A stretch of DNA of 61,142 nt, the filler included. It is 5 parts of 5 records of this genome, joined end to end, with 100 filler letters (N's around TTAATTAATTAA, not from the genome) between each part and the next. Parts side by side here need not be neighbours in the genome. Positions count along the whole stretch, not along the records: positions 1 to 22,865 come from SRR22947727_2118; positions 22,966 to 30,090 come from SRR22947727_2139; 3 more parts are not named here. One strand, 5' to 3'. The notes beneath the pieces are model-generated. The model had not been told where the DNA came from, ran no database searches, and saw only the letters and a program-made list of their open reading frames with translations. Below, piece by piece: positions 13,636-23,821 of the stretch. Each line of letters starts with the position of its first letter. Positions within the stretch are counted from its first letter, which is position 1. The translations under genes and the position numbers were made by a program.

Positions 13636-15030
13636 TCACGTTGTTAAAGACCGCAACAAATTTTGATAGTCTTCACTGATGTCCGAATTGTCATCTCGCA
13701 GCTCTTTGATTTTGCGGCAGGCATGTAAAACGGTTGTGTGGTCACGGCCTCCAAAGGCGTCCCCAATCTCCGGCAAACTATGGCGAGTCAGCTCTTTTGA
13801 CAGCGCCATCGCAACCTGCCTAGGCCGCGCAACGGAACGATTGCGGCGCTTAGATAATAGGTCCGCCACCTTGATTTTATAATACTCAGCCACTTTTTTC
13901 TTAATGTTATCCAGTGAGATCTGCTTATCCTGCAGCGCCAACAGGTCCTTTAGGCTGTCTTTTATCAAGTCAATATCAAAAGGCCTACCCGTAAAATTAG
14001 CACTTGCAATCACTCGTTTTAAGGCGCCTTCCAGTTCACGAACATTAGAACGTATTCGCTGGGCAATAAAAAAGGCCGCATCTGGCGCGAGCGCAATGTG
14101 GCTTTGCTCTGCCTTCTTCATCAGGATCGCCACGCGTGTCTCTAAATCAGGCGGCTCCACCGCCACCGTCAACCCCCACCCAAACCGAGACTTCAAACGC
14201 TCTTCCACGCCGTCAATTTCTCTCGGGTAGCGGTCGCAAGTTAAAATCATTTGCTGCCCGCCCTCCAGCAGGGCATTAAAGGTATGAAAAAACTCCTCTT
14301 GAGACCGGTCTTTGTTCGCAAAAAACTGAATATCGTCAATGAGCAGCGCATCAACCGAACGATAAAACCGTTTAAAGTCATTGATGGCGTTTAACTGCAA
14401 TGCCTTCACCATATCGCCAACAAACCGCTCAGAGTGTAGGTACACAATTTTCGCGTCGGGATTGCGCCGCCGCATCGCATTACCCACCGCATGCATCAAG
14501 TGGGTCTTCCCAAGCCCGACACCGCCATACAAAAAGAGCGGATTATAGGAATCCCCTGGGTGGTCAGAAACTTGCTGTGCCGCTGCCAGCGCCAACTGAT
14601 TGCTTTTCCCTTCGACAAACCGCTCAAAGGTATAGCCCTCCACCAAGTTAGAGGGCGATACGGAGGCCGCTGGACTGGGTTTTCTGACCGCCGCGTAAGC
14701 CAATAGCCCGGTTGAAGCCACTGCAGGCGCCTCTGTGGGGGGGGGAACGGCTTGAGGGGATGTCGCCACAACACCGCCAACTACCGTCACGGACACCTGC
14801 GCAGAGGCTGGAGCCACAATATCCAGTAAGTAGGTGGCGATCATCGGCACATACTTTTCAGTGACAAAATCCCTAATAAACCGATTAGGTGCCGACAATA
14901 CCAACCCAGACCCCTGCCATTGCGCCTGCAACGGCCGAATCCAGGTATTAAATTGCTGCTGAGGGATATCGCCACCAATGCGATTCAAACAGTGTTCCCA
15001 AGGGTCGGTTAGAGGCTGAAGCGCGGCCAA
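13636..15030 (-). CDS. dnaA: Chromosomal replication initiator DnaA
   Basis: [43 protein letters not shown]; likely TTG start at 15030 with AGGAGA Shine-Dalgarno 7 nt upstream. Confidence 0.98.
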   Translation of the reverse strand: MAALQPLTDPWEHCLNRIGGDIPQQQFNTWIRPLQAQWQGSGLVLSAPNRFIRDFVTEKYVPMIATYLLDIVAPASAQVSVTVVGGVVATSPQAVPPPTEAPAVASTGLLAYAAVRKPSPAASVSPSNLVEGYTFERFVEGKSNQLALAAAQQVSDHPGDSYNPLFLYGGVGLGKTHLMHAVGNAMRRRNPDAKIVYLHSERFVGDMVKALQLNAINDFKRFYRSVDALLIDDIQFFANKDRSQEEFFHTFNALLEGGQQMILTCDRYPREIDGVEERLKSRFGWGLTVAVEPPDLETRVAILMKKAEQSHIALAPDAAFFIAQRIRSNVRELEGALKRVIASANFTGRPFDIDLIKDSLKDLLALQDKQISLDNIKKKVAEYYKIKVADLLSKRRNRSVARPRQVAMALSKELTRHSLPEIGDAFGGRDHTTVLHACRKIKELRDDNSDISEDYQNLLRSLTT

Positions 15031-15118
15031 TTTGCGGTCTCCTAAACAGTAGAAAATGTCAGTAAAGCGGGTGCCTGAATCAAGCCAACGCAACCGGAGC
15101 CTTGATCCAACCCTCGGC

Positions 15119-15268
15119 TTACCCACTTAAGCGACCCATAGTTATCCACACCAAAAACCCGTTATCAACACCTTTTTTGTCTATAAAAATCAATGTTTTA
15201 TGATTTTTTTTATGGCCTAGTGGATCAAAAACAAGTTTGCAAGTTTATTTTTATTGGGTTGTGGGTAA
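15119..15268. promoter_or_regulatory. DnaA-box cluster upstream of dnaA
   Basis: TTATCCACA 15142-15150 (perfect), TTATCAACA 15162-15170, TGTGGGTAA 15260-15268, weaker TTACCCACT 15119-15127; AT-rich tract between them. Confidence 0.75.
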
Positions 15269-15497
15269 GCTGTTAGTATCGTTTTATGAACCTGTGTCTT
15301 GTGGGGGTTGCGTCACCTCGCACCCACTCGCGTGCGAATACATGTAGCGAGCGCTTACTAACAAGCAGGGCGCCGTTATCATTATGGGGGGGTCGCCCAC
15401 GCCGGTCGGCCGAAAGGCCGTCAGTTACGCCGCTTACCGGTGGACCATTTATTTTTCTAGTGGGGCTTAACAGCACCCGTGAGCATCTGCTTGGGTC

Positions 15498-15526
15498 TTG
15501 CCAAGCCCGCCGGCTACTCCTATAAT
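15498..15526 (+). promoter_or_regulatory. Sigma70 promoter of the rpmH operon
   Basis: TTGCCA-17 nt-TATAAT followed by GC-rich discriminator CCGCGCCC. Confidence 0.75.
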
Positions 15527-15616
15527 CCGCGCCCGATCACGGTTTGACCGACTCTGACGTAGCGCACAGGACCACCGCGTGCACGCCAGCGTTTCCAATC
15601 TAAAAAGGTTAGCGTC

Positions 15617-15751
15617 ATGAAGCGTACATTTCAGCCCAGCGTCATTAAGCGCAAGCGTAACCATGGCTTTCGCGCCAGAATGGCAACAAAAGCCGGCCGC
15701 AAAGTGTTGGCACGTCGCCGCGCTCGAGGTCGACATAGTCTCTCTGCCTGA
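15617..15751 (+). CDS. rpmH: 50S ribosomal protein L34 (absent from the ORF track)
   Basis: Hand translation [44 protein letters not shown] (44 aa). Confidence 0.98.
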   Translation: MKRTFQPSVIKRKRNHGFRARMATKAGRKVLARRRARGRHSLSA

Positions 15752-15780
15752 CCCCATCGGACAAGGCACAGCAGCCGCGC

Positions 15781-16143
15781 ATGCCGTCCTTTCCGCTTAA
15801 CGCACGACTCTCGCAACCCAGCCACTATCGCCGCGTCTTTGATGGCCCTAACGTCAAGGTCAGTAGCAAGGCTTTTCTATTATTAGCCGTCGAAAATAGT
15901 AATGGGGCCTCTCGGGTTGGCATCATTGTGGCGAAAAAACATATCCGCCTGGCCTCGCGGCGAAACCGTATTAAGCGAATCGTTAGGGAGCAGTTTAGAC
16001 TCTCCCCATTAGGACGCTCAATGGACTTGGTTGTGTTAGCTAGATCACCCGCTGACGAACTCGACAATCCTGCTCTGTGGCAAGATATTGCAAAGCTGTG
16101 GCATCAAATCAGCACAACGGCGGACCGTCGATGGACTGGCTAA
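15781..16143 (+). CDS. rnpA: Ribonuclease P protein component
   Basis: SRVGIIVAKK and RNR motif (RRNRIKR); rpmH-rnpA synteny. Confidence 0.94.
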   Translation: MPSFPLNARLSQPSHYRRVFDGPNVKVSSKAFLLLAVENSNGASRVGIIVAKKHIRLASRRNRIKRIVREQFRLSPLGRSMDLVVLARSPADELDNPALWQDIAKLWHQISTTADRRWTG

Positions 16144-16397
16144 AAACGATCGATCGACACGCCGCCACCGCATTTGCAATGGTGATACGCGGTTACCAGC
16201 TGACGCTAAGCCCGTGGCTAGGAAGACGTTGTCGCTTTCTACCGACTTGCTCGCAATATGGTATCGATGCGCTAAGAACCCATGGTGCAGTGGCCGGGTG
16301 CTGGCTTACAGTACACCGCTTACTGCGTTGCCGACCCGGTTGCGAGTGTGGATACGATCCCGTTCCGACCACACCGCAACCCCACGAACACAACTGA
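16131..16397 (+). CDS. yidD: Membrane protein insertion efficiency factor YidD
   Basis: YQLTLSP, CRFLPTCSQY, RLLRC, GYDPVP; between rnpA and yidC. Confidence 0.92.
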   Translation: MDWLKTIDRHAATAFAMVIRGYQLTLSPWLGRRCRFLPTCSQYGIDALRTHGAVAGCWLTVHRLLRCRPGCECGYDPVPTTPQPHEHN

Positions 16398-16407
16398 GAT
16401 CTTTACC

Positions 16408-18114
16408 ATGGATATCCCGCGATATGCCCTTTTAGCCGCCAGCGCCTTACTGGGTTTCATGCTGCTGGGAGAATGGACTCGCTACAGCGCCGAACAAGAA
16501 ACCGCGCTGAGACCGCAAGTCCCCATGGTCGACGCAGTCGCGCCAAGGACTGACGCTCCACTCGCATCCTTTGAAAACGCGACACCGTCTGCCGACACAC
16601 TAGACTCGGACCTACCCGTGCCGACAGACCTTGGCGTCCCCGCACAAGCGCAATTAGACGCCACAGACAGCGGCCTACCGCGACGGTTCGTTAGCGTACA
16701 TACCGACGTCCTTGAGGTCATGATTGATCTGCAAGGCGGGGATGTTGTGGGGGCCGGCTTTAAGGATTTTCCTAAAACTTTAGCCGACACCTCCGAGCCT
16801 TTTGTTTTGCTCGAACGCAATTCACAACGCACTTACGTTGCACAATCGGGCTTAGTTGGCCCCGACGGTATTGATCGGCCTAACCGCGCGCTTTATCGCA
16901 CACCGCGTTACGACTACCAGCAAACGGGCCTCGCCCCCCTAGAAGTTGTGCTCACCTTCGACGACGAGATGAGCGCGCTGACTGTCAGAAAAATCTTTAT
17001 TTTCGAGGCTGGCAGCCACACCATCACCGTGCTGCATGAGGCCACCAATACCTCATCAAACCGCATTCAAATCACGCCCTTCGCGCAAATTAAACGGGAC
17101 ACCTCACCCGCACCAGCGAGCAATGATTCAGGTATGGGAATGCAGCCCTTTTTGGGAGCGGCGCTCACTCAACCTGATCAGCGATTTGCAAAATTTGACT
17201 TTGATGACATGGCGGACGAGCCTTTTAAAGCGGATATCAAGGGTGGTTGGGTGGCGATGTTGCAGCACTATTTCGTCACCGCTTGGGTGCCAGACGATAC
17301 GGCCACTTACCGCTATAGCACTAGGCAGACCCGTGCCGGGTTCAATATTGTCGGTTATACCGGACCCGCTCTCAGTCTTGCTCCCGCCGAAACAGCCCGC
17401 GTTGTTAATCAGCTTTATATCGGTCCCAAGAACCAACGTGTCCTCGGCGACCTCGCCACTCACCTTGATCTGGTGGTCGATTACGGCTGGCTGTGGTGGA
17501 TTGCGCAGCCACTATTTTGGTTGCTTACCACTATTCAATCTTTCGTTATTAACTGGGGTGTCGCCATCATCTGCCTCACCTTTCTGGTGAAGCTCGCCTT
17601 CTTCCAGCTTTCTGCCGCGGGTTATAAGTCGATGGCAAGAATGCGCAAAGTCCAACCTCGTATGGCTGCCATCAAAGAAGAGTATGCGAACGACAAAGCG
17701 AAACAATCGCAGGCAATGATGGAGCTATACAAAAAAGAAAAAATTAATCCGTTAGGCGGCTGTCTACCGATCTTGGTACAAATGCCTGTTTTTATAGCGC
17801 TTTACTGGGTGTTGATGGAATCTGTCGAGCTCCGCCAAGCGCCTTTCGCGCTCTGGATTACCGACTTATCCGTTATGGACCCTTACTTCGTGTTACCCAT
17901 TTTAATGGGCGCCAGCATGTACTACATGCAAAAATTGAACCCCGCTCCACCCGACCCCATGCAGGCTAAAATTATGCAGTGGATGCCGATCGTCTTTACC
18001 TTCTTTTTCCTCTGGTTCCCTGCTGGATTAGTATTGTATTGGCTCTGCAATAATCTGTTGTCAATGGGTCAGCAATACATCATCAACCGTCGCATCGACC
18101 GCGGCACCATTTAG
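16408..18114 (+). CDS. yidC: Membrane protein insertase YidC
   Basis: VDYGWLWWIAQP, NPLGGCLP, ELRQAPF, PAGLVLYW; ATG at 16408 after yidD. Confidence 0.97.
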   Translation: MDIPRYALLAASALLGFMLLGEWTRYSAEQETALRPQVPMVDAVAPRTDAPLASFENATPSADTLDSDLPVPTDLGVPAQAQLDATDSGLPRRFVSVHTDVLEVMIDLQGGDVVGAGFKDFPKTLADTSEPFVLLERNSQRTYVAQSGLVGPDGIDRPNRALYRTPRYDYQQTGLAPLEVVLTFDDEMSALTVRKIFIFEAGSHTITVLHEATNTSSNRIQITPFAQIKRDTSPAPASNDSGMGMQPFLGAALTQPDQRFAKFDFDDMADEPFKADIKGGWVAMLQHYFVTAWVPDDTATYRYSTRQTRAGFNIVGYTGPALSLAPAETARVVNQLYIGPKNQRVLGDLATHLDLVVDYGWLWWIAQPLFWLLTTIQSFVINWGVAIICLTFLVKLAFFQLSAAGYKSMARMRKVQPRMAAIKEEYANDKAKQSQAMMELYKKEKINPLGGCLPILVQMPVFIALYWVLMESVELRQAPFALWITDLSVMDPYFVLPILMGASMYYMQKLNPAPPDPMQAKIMQWMPIVFTFFFLWFPAGLVLYWLCNNLLSMGQQYIINRRIDRGTI

Positions 18115-18136
18115 GATTTGCCGGGAGCTCATTTCA

Positions 18137-19498
18137 TTGACTACCGACAGCCACGCACTGGATAGCGATACGATCGTCGCTATTGCAACACCAAGTGGCC
18201 GGGGTGGCATTTGTGTGCTCCGCTTATCGGGAATTCAGGCAAAACCCATTGGCGAACGGATAACAAAGCGAACATTAATACCTCGTAGCCCGCTAGTGTC
18301 CCGCTTTTTTGACCAAGACAATGAAATCATTGACGAAGGTATTGCCCTTTTTTTCAACGGCCCAGCTTCCTTTACTGGAGAAGATGTGACTGAGCTCCAT
18401 GGTCATGGTGGCGTCATCATTGCCGATATGTTGCTGGAAACTTGCCTCAATCTGGGGGCGCGATTAGCACGGCCGGGTGAGTTTTCAGAGCGCGCTTTCC
18501 TCAACAACAAAATGGACCTCACACAGGCAGAAGGTCTGGCAGACCTGATCGACGCACCCACTCGGCGAGCAGCACGACAAGCAAGCGCATCACTGCGAGG
18601 GGCGTTTTCGAATGCCGTTAGCGACATTGCCACACAACTTGTGCAATTGCGCGTCTACATAGAGGCCGCACTGGATTTTCCTGAAGAAGAGATCGATTTT
18701 TTGGCTGAGACCAAAGTCACCGATACCTTGACCACGCTGCAAACTAGTTTGCATCAACTGCTCGTCTCTGCGCGACAAGGCGCACTCCTGAATCGAGGCG
18801 CACAGGTGGTGATTACTGGCGCCCCTAACGCAGGCAAAAGCAGCTTGCTAAATCGTCTTGCAAAAGATGATATCGCTATCGTCACGAACATCCCTGGTAC
18901 AACCCGCGATGTCATTAGACAAACGATTAGTCTTCAGGGTCTTGCTATCGAGTTCTCCGATACTGCGGGCCTACGCGAGGCGCGCGATGAAATTGAAAAA
19001 GAAGGCATTTATCGTGCTCAAAATGAATTAAACCGAGCAGACATTATCATAGAGGTGGTTGACGATACCCTGACCCAGGTCTCCACCGTGCTAACGCCAT
19101 CAGAAGCCCCCACGATTCGCGTTCATAATAAAATTGATCTCTCAGGGCGCCATGCGGGCACATTCAATGCCAATACGACTCACCACAGTGTGATAGGCGT
19201 TTCAGCAGCAACGGGGGAAGGTGTTGCCGCGCTTGAAGGGGTCATCGTCGGCTTATTGGGGTTAACGGATACGCGTTCGGCCTCTGCGTTTAGCGCCCGC
19301 GAACGGCATGTGGTAGCCCTGACACAGACCACAGCGCTACTAGACCAAACTATTGAACAATTTATGGCGACTGGCGCAGCCGAACTGTTAGCAGAAGATT
19401 TAAGAGCTATCCATGAGCGATTGGGTACCATCACCGGTACCTTTGGCGTAGATGACTTACTTGGCGAAATTTTTAGCTCTTTCTGTATTGGCAAATAA
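18137..19498 (+). CDS. mnmE: tRNA modification GTPase MnmE (TrmE)
   Basis: SFTGED, GAPNAGKS, PGTTRD, DTAG, NKID, C-terminal FCIGK. Confidence 0.97.
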   Translation: MTTDSHALDSDTIVAIATPSGRGGICVLRLSGIQAKPIGERITKRTLIPRSPLVSRFFDQDNEIIDEGIALFFNGPASFTGEDVTELHGHGGVIIADMLLETCLNLGARLARPGEFSERAFLNNKMDLTQAEGLADLIDAPTRRAARQASASLRGAFSNAVSDIATQLVQLRVYIEAALDFPEEEIDFLAETKVTDTLTTLQTSLHQLLVSARQGALLNRGAQVVITGAPNAGKSSLLNRLAKDDIAIVTNIPGTTRDVIRQTISLQGLAIEFSDTAGLREARDEIEKEGIYRAQNELNRADIIIEVVDDTLTQVSTVLTPSEAPTIRVHNKIDLSGRHAGTFNANTTHHSVIGVSAATGEGVAALEGVIVGLLGLTDTRSASAFSARERHVVALTQTTALLDQTIEQFMATGAAELLAEDLRAIHERLGTITGTFGVDDLLGEIFSSFCIGK

Positions 19499-19985
19499 CC
19501 CTACCGGGGACGATGTTTCAGTCTACCCACTGTTTACGCTCACTTTGTCCACAGCGATGGCTAATATCGACTGTTTTAAGCCGATGAGTACGGCGTTGAC
19601 GTCAAACACGGGTGATAATGATGACAACAAACTGGGGATAACCACTCTTTACGCGGGATGATGTAATTTGCCTGTTTTTATCCTCAGACTACTAACAGCG
19701 CGAACAGGACTAGCAAAGCGGTTATCAAAGCCCTTTGTATGCTATTAACTCTCTGTTTATCTGAGGTAATTCCCACTTTTCAACAATTATCATAGTCACT
19801 AATAATAGTAATATTAAGATTATCTACTAGTAATATTATTATGATTACTAAGGTTTACTGATCGCCGTTTTGTGGAGCGTTCTCGTGAAATCGCGGTTTT
19901 CATACCAGATTTACTAAAACCAACATTCCATCGACTCTTGTCGCGCGTCTATACTGTGCGGCCCATCACGCGCTGGTGCGCTTTT
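19499..19985. other. Putative chromosomal replication origin (oriC) in the mnmE-mnmG intergenic region
   Basis: About 490-nt non-coding gap with near-consensus DnaA boxes (19545-19553, 19633-19641, 19678-19686, 19777-19785) followed by an AT-rich NAN-trimer element at 19797-19851; upstream of mnmG/gidA. Confidence 0.75.
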
Positions 19986-21890
19986 ATGACAACTCATCCA
20001 AATGCCTATGACGTGATCGTGATTGGTGGCGGGCACGCTGGTACAGAGGCGGCTTTGGCTGCCGCACGCGCGGGCGTTCGCACGTTACTCATCACTCATT
20101 CGATCGATACATTAGGACAAATGTCCTGTAATCCGGCGATCGGCGGTATTGGTAAGAGTCACTTGGTAAGGGAAATTGATGCGCTGGGTGGGTTAATGGC
20201 CAGGGCAACGGATCAAGCGGGTATCCAATTTAGAGTGCTTAATGCGCGGAAAGGTCCTGCTGTGAGAGCGACTCGTGCCCAAGCTGATCGTGTGTTGTAT
20301 CGCAATGCTGTGCGTACCACCTTGCAAGAAACGGTTAACCTAAACCTCTTTCAAGATGCTGTAGAAGATATTCTGTTGTTGGGTGATCGCGTGAGCGGTG
20401 TGGTGACGAGAACCGGCATTACCTTTAACGCGGCCACCGTCGTGCTGACAGCAGGTACCTTTTTACACGGGAAACTACATGTCGGCGAAGCGCAGTCTAG
20501 TGGTGGCAGGATGGGAGATCCCGCATCGCTGGGCTTGGCGGACAAATTGCGGGAACTGTGTCCTAGAGTAGGGCGTTTGAAAACAGGCACTCCTCCGCGG
20601 TTAGACGCGAACACCGTCGATTTTAAGGTCCTGACAGAACAATGGGGAGATGAGCCGCGACCGGTTATGTCGCTGCAGGGAGATCGACGTGAGCATCCAC
20701 CACAGCGATGTTGTTGGATTACCGAAACCAACCCGCAGACCCACGATATCATTCGAGCGGGGCTTGATCGCTCTCCTTTGTTTTCTGGCACGATCGAAGG
20801 CGTTGGGCCGCGCTACTGTCCAAGTATTGAAGACAAAATTCATCGATTCGCAGACAAAGACACTCATCAAATCTTCATTGAGCCGGAAGGGCTGACGTCG
20901 ACAGAGCTGTATCCTAACGGTATATCCACTTCACTTCCGTTCGATGTTCAACTGGCTTTAGTGCGATCCATTAGAGGGTTAGAGGCTGTTAATATCACCC
21001 GAGCTGGATATGCCATTGAATATGATTATTTTGATCCCAGAGATTTGCGTCACAGCTTAGAAACTAAGTCGGTTTCCGGACTCTTTTTTGCAGGCCAGAT
21101 CAATGGCACCACAGGGTATGAAGAAGCGGCGGCGCAGGGTTTGATCGCAGGCATTAATGCCGCTCGGCAAGCCACTGATTTACCGGCATGGGAGCCTCGA
21201 CGCGATGAAGCTTACATCGGGGTATTGATCGATGATTTGGTCACGCTGGGCACGACAGAGCCTTATCGCATGTTCACTTCTCGCGCCGAGTATCGACTGC
21301 AACTCAGGGAAGATAATGCTGACCTTCGTCTGACCGCAATAGGACGCCGGCTTCAGTTAATTGGGGATGCCCAGTGGCAGCAATTTAATGATAAGTGTGA
21401 AGCCATTGAGATTGAGCAACGCCGTTTACAACGGACCTTTATTCAGGCAAATAGCGTTGAAGCGTCACAATTAAATGACGTTCTCGTTAAGCCGCTAAGT
21501 CGAGAATATTCGCTGGCAGAGCTACTGAAACGCCCCGAACTCGATTACGACGCGCTTGATCGTATTGCGCCAGCACCCTCACCGGTGGCTGAGGTGGTGG
21601 CGCACCAAATTGCCATCCAGTGTAAATATGCGGGTTATATCGAGCGTCAACAACAAGATGTGGATCGTTTGTATCGCCATGAAGCGATGTTGATACCGAG
21701 CGATGTGGATTTCGCGTTAATTGAGGGATTATCCAACGAAATTAGACAAAAACTGCAAGACGTTAGACCGAGTAATTTAGCGAGAGCGGGCAGGATTCCT
21801 GGCGTGACACCGGCAGCGCTATCGATTTTACTCATCCACTTGAAGAAACGAGAGCTGGTGAGCAGACTTCCGGCGACAGCAAATGGTTAG
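19986..21890 (+). CDS. mnmG: tRNA uridine 5-carboxymethylaminomethyl modification enzyme MnmG (GidA)
   Basis: [58 protein letters not shown] at 19986. Confidence 0.98.
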   Translation: MTTHPNAYDVIVIGGGHAGTEAALAAARAGVRTLLITHSIDTLGQMSCNPAIGGIGKSHLVREIDALGGLMARATDQAGIQFRVLNARKGPAVRATRAQADRVLYRNAVRTTLQETVNLNLFQDAVEDILLLGDRVSGVVTRTGITFNAATVVLTAGTFLHGKLHVGEAQSSGGRMGDPASLGLADKLRELCPRVGRLKTGTPPRLDANTVDFKVLTEQWGDEPRPVMSLQGDRREHPPQRCCWITETNPQTHDIIRAGLDRSPLFSGTIEGVGPRYCPSIEDKIHRFADKDTHQIFIEPEGLTSTELYPNGISTSLPFDVQLALVRSIRGLEAVNITRAGYAIEYDYFDPRDLRHSLETKSVSGLFFAGQINGTTGYEEAAAQGLIAGINAARQATDLPAWEPRRDEAYIGVLIDDLVTLGTTEPYRMFTSRAEYRLQLREDNADLRLTAIGRRLQLIGDAQWQQFNDKCEAIEIEQRRLQRTFIQANSVEASQLNDVLVKPLSREYSLAELLKRPELDYDALDRIAPAPSPVAEVVAHQIAIQCKYAGYIERQQQDVDRLYRHEAMLIPSDVDFALIEGLSNEIRQKLQDVRPSNLARAGRIPGVTPAALSILLIHLKKRELVSRLPATANG

Positions 21891-22527
21891 TTCAGAGACC
21901 GAACGACTTCTGGCAGCGGCCCTCGATATTGGTATCGCGTTGAGCAAACACCAAACAAGACAATTACTTACTTACCTTGATTTGCTCGAAAAATGGAACC
22001 GAGCGTATAACCTTACCGCTGTCCGTTCTCGAGCAGAAATGCTGGAAAGGCACCTCATTGAGAGCTTAGCGATAAGCCCGTTCATCAGTGGCAAGCAAGT
22101 GGTTGATGTCGGTACGGGAGCAGGCTTACCAGGTATTCCTTTGGCGATTGCGAATCCAGCGGTGCATTACACGTTGCTCGACAGTAACGGCAAAAAGTCG
22201 CGGTTCTTAGTGGAAGTGAAAAGAGAGCTGATGTTACGCAATGTCGAAATTGAAACGGTGCGCGTCGAATCGTGGCTACCCACGAAGCGTTTTGATGCGG
22301 TCGTAACCCGTGCGTTCGCTGATTTAGCCACCACGTTAGTCAGGGTCGATCATGTACTGACAGATCAAGGTAGGGTGTATGCGATGAAAACAGAACAAGC
22401 GCAACATGAGATCGATACTTTGCCCGATGTCACCAGAGCAGTAACCCGCCACGACATCGACGTGCCGGGGCGCGATTGGTCATTTCAATTGTTGGCGGTG
22501 CAGCCTCGCCTTGTGGCAGCACGATGA
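21883..22527 (+). CDS. rsmG: 16S rRNA m7G527 methyltransferase RsmG (GidB)
   Basis: [27 protein letters not shown]; follows mnmG. Confidence 0.96.
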   Translation: MVSSETERLLAAALDIGIALSKHQTRQLLTYLDLLEKWNRAYNLTAVRSRAEMLERHLIESLAISPFISGKQVVDVGTGAGLPGIPLAIANPAVHYTLLDSNGKKSRFLVEVKRELMLRNVEIETVRVESWLPTKRFDAVVTRAFADLATTLVRVDHVLTDQGRVYAMKTEQAQHEIDTLPDVTRAVTRHDIDVPGRDWSFQLLAVQPRLVAAR

Positions 22528-22865
22528 AAGTCATCGCGGTTGCCAATCAAAAAGGCGGTGTGGGAAAGACAACGACGAGTGTGAACCTGTCTGCGGCTTT
22601 AGCAGCGATGGGCAAGCGCTTACTGTTAGTTGATCTGGATCCGCAAGGCAATGCGACGGTGTCGGTTGGTATAGACAAAGCGGCGTGTGATGTTACCGCC
22701 CTCGATGTGTTGGTTGATCAACTCCCATTATCGAGCGCGGTGATACGCCTCCCACAATTAGCATTGGATTGTATTCCGGCTAATGGGGATTTAACCGCGG
22801 CTGAAGTGGCGCTGTTATCGATGGATGCTCGTGAACAACAATTGAAACAGGTGCTGTCTGCAGGC
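22524..22865 (+). CDS. parA: Chromosome partitioning ATPase ParA/Soj (3'-truncated)
   Basis: [10 protein letters not shown] deviant Walker [14 protein letters not shown] overlap with rsmG. Confidence 0.93.
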
Positions 22866-22965
22866 NNNNNNNNNNNNNNNNNNNNNNNNNNNNNNNNNNN
22901 NNNNNNNNNTTAATTAATTAANNNNNNNNNNNNNNNNNNNNNNNNNNNNNNNNNNNNNNNNNNNN
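22866..22965. other. Artificial contig spacer
   Basis: N44-TTAATTAATTAA-N44 (stops in all six frames); abrupt GC drop across it. Confidence 0.99.
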
Positions 22966-23686
22966 AATAAGAAATCTCTTGTAAGTGTACAAGAACATCA
23001 AGTTCTCCATTGACATTAAAGAAACATCCAAATGAACTATAACCTTTAACCTCAGCACCTTTAATAATATCTCCAACCTTAAATTTTTCTATAATTTTGG
23101 CTTTGTCCTCTTTTTTAAATGAAGAAATGATTTCTTTTCTAGATACACACGCATTACCTCTAATCTTATCTAATTTTATAAGCGCAAATTTTTGAGGTTC
23201 ATTCATTAAATGACTAATATCTTTTAGTGGTTTGTCACTAATCTGAGAACCTGGCAGAAACATTAAGGAACCTGTTTCTACATGTTCTACAATGCATCCA
23301 CCTTTACATTTAGAGGTAATCTTTCCCATAATAGGTTCATTATTTTCATATGCTTTAACAAGTTTATCCCAACCTTTTATTTTTTGAGCCTTACTGGCAG
23401 AAACTAAAACTTCTCCATTTTTGTCTTCTATTTTTTCTAATAAAACAGAAATGCTTTCACCTACTTTTATTTTATCAGCGAGACCCATGCTTTTTAATTC
23501 ATTAATGTCTAGGACTGGCTCACTTTTTAAACCTTCAACAAATAAAAAAACAAATTTTTCAGTAATCTTGTTGATTTTACCCTCTATAACTTTTCCTTCT
23601 TCAATTTTAATTTTGGAAAGCTGACTATTGAGTAATTTTTCGAATTCTTGGGATGCAGGATTGGTTAAATCTTTATATATTTCCAT
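22966..23686 (-). CDS. rpsA: 30S ribosomal protein S1 (3'-truncated), Pelagibacter-like
   Basis: S1 repeats, FLPGSQI, VSR motifs; downstream of aroA. Confidence 0.92.
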
Positions 23687-23724
23687 TAAATATTTTAGTT
23701 TTTAGTAATTTAAATTGTTTTTTA

Positions 23725-23769
23725 AAAACACGATCTTTTAATTAAATTTGTGCTTTAAATCAACGAATT
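23725..23769 (-). pseudogene. Possible decayed 3' remnant of cytidylate kinase (cmk)
   Basis: Reads NSLI*STNLIKRSCF; 6 of 13 residues match in register with the Cmk C-terminus of contig 3 (LIDNSNLDIEQCF); lies at the expected aroA-cmk-rpsA position. Confidence 0.45.
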
Positions 23770-23821
23770 TAAGTAATTAATTTTTGGAATATCCAAATAT
23801 TAAGGCTTTTTAATAGTTATA

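Noticed and set aside
15031-15126. N-terminal extensions in the ORF track for DnaA (also GlyQ, YidC, MnmG, ParA, PyrF)
   Set aside because: Longest-ORF artefacts; downstream starts fit family lengths, SD position or gene overlaps better
19452-19661. 69-aa ORF in the mnmE-mnmG gap (also ORFs at 15273-15525)
   Set aside because: Lie in DnaA-box or promoter regions and have no protein-like features
19877-19892. parS-like GCGTTCTCGTGAAATC near oriC
   Set aside because: Six mismatches to the consensus and not palindromic
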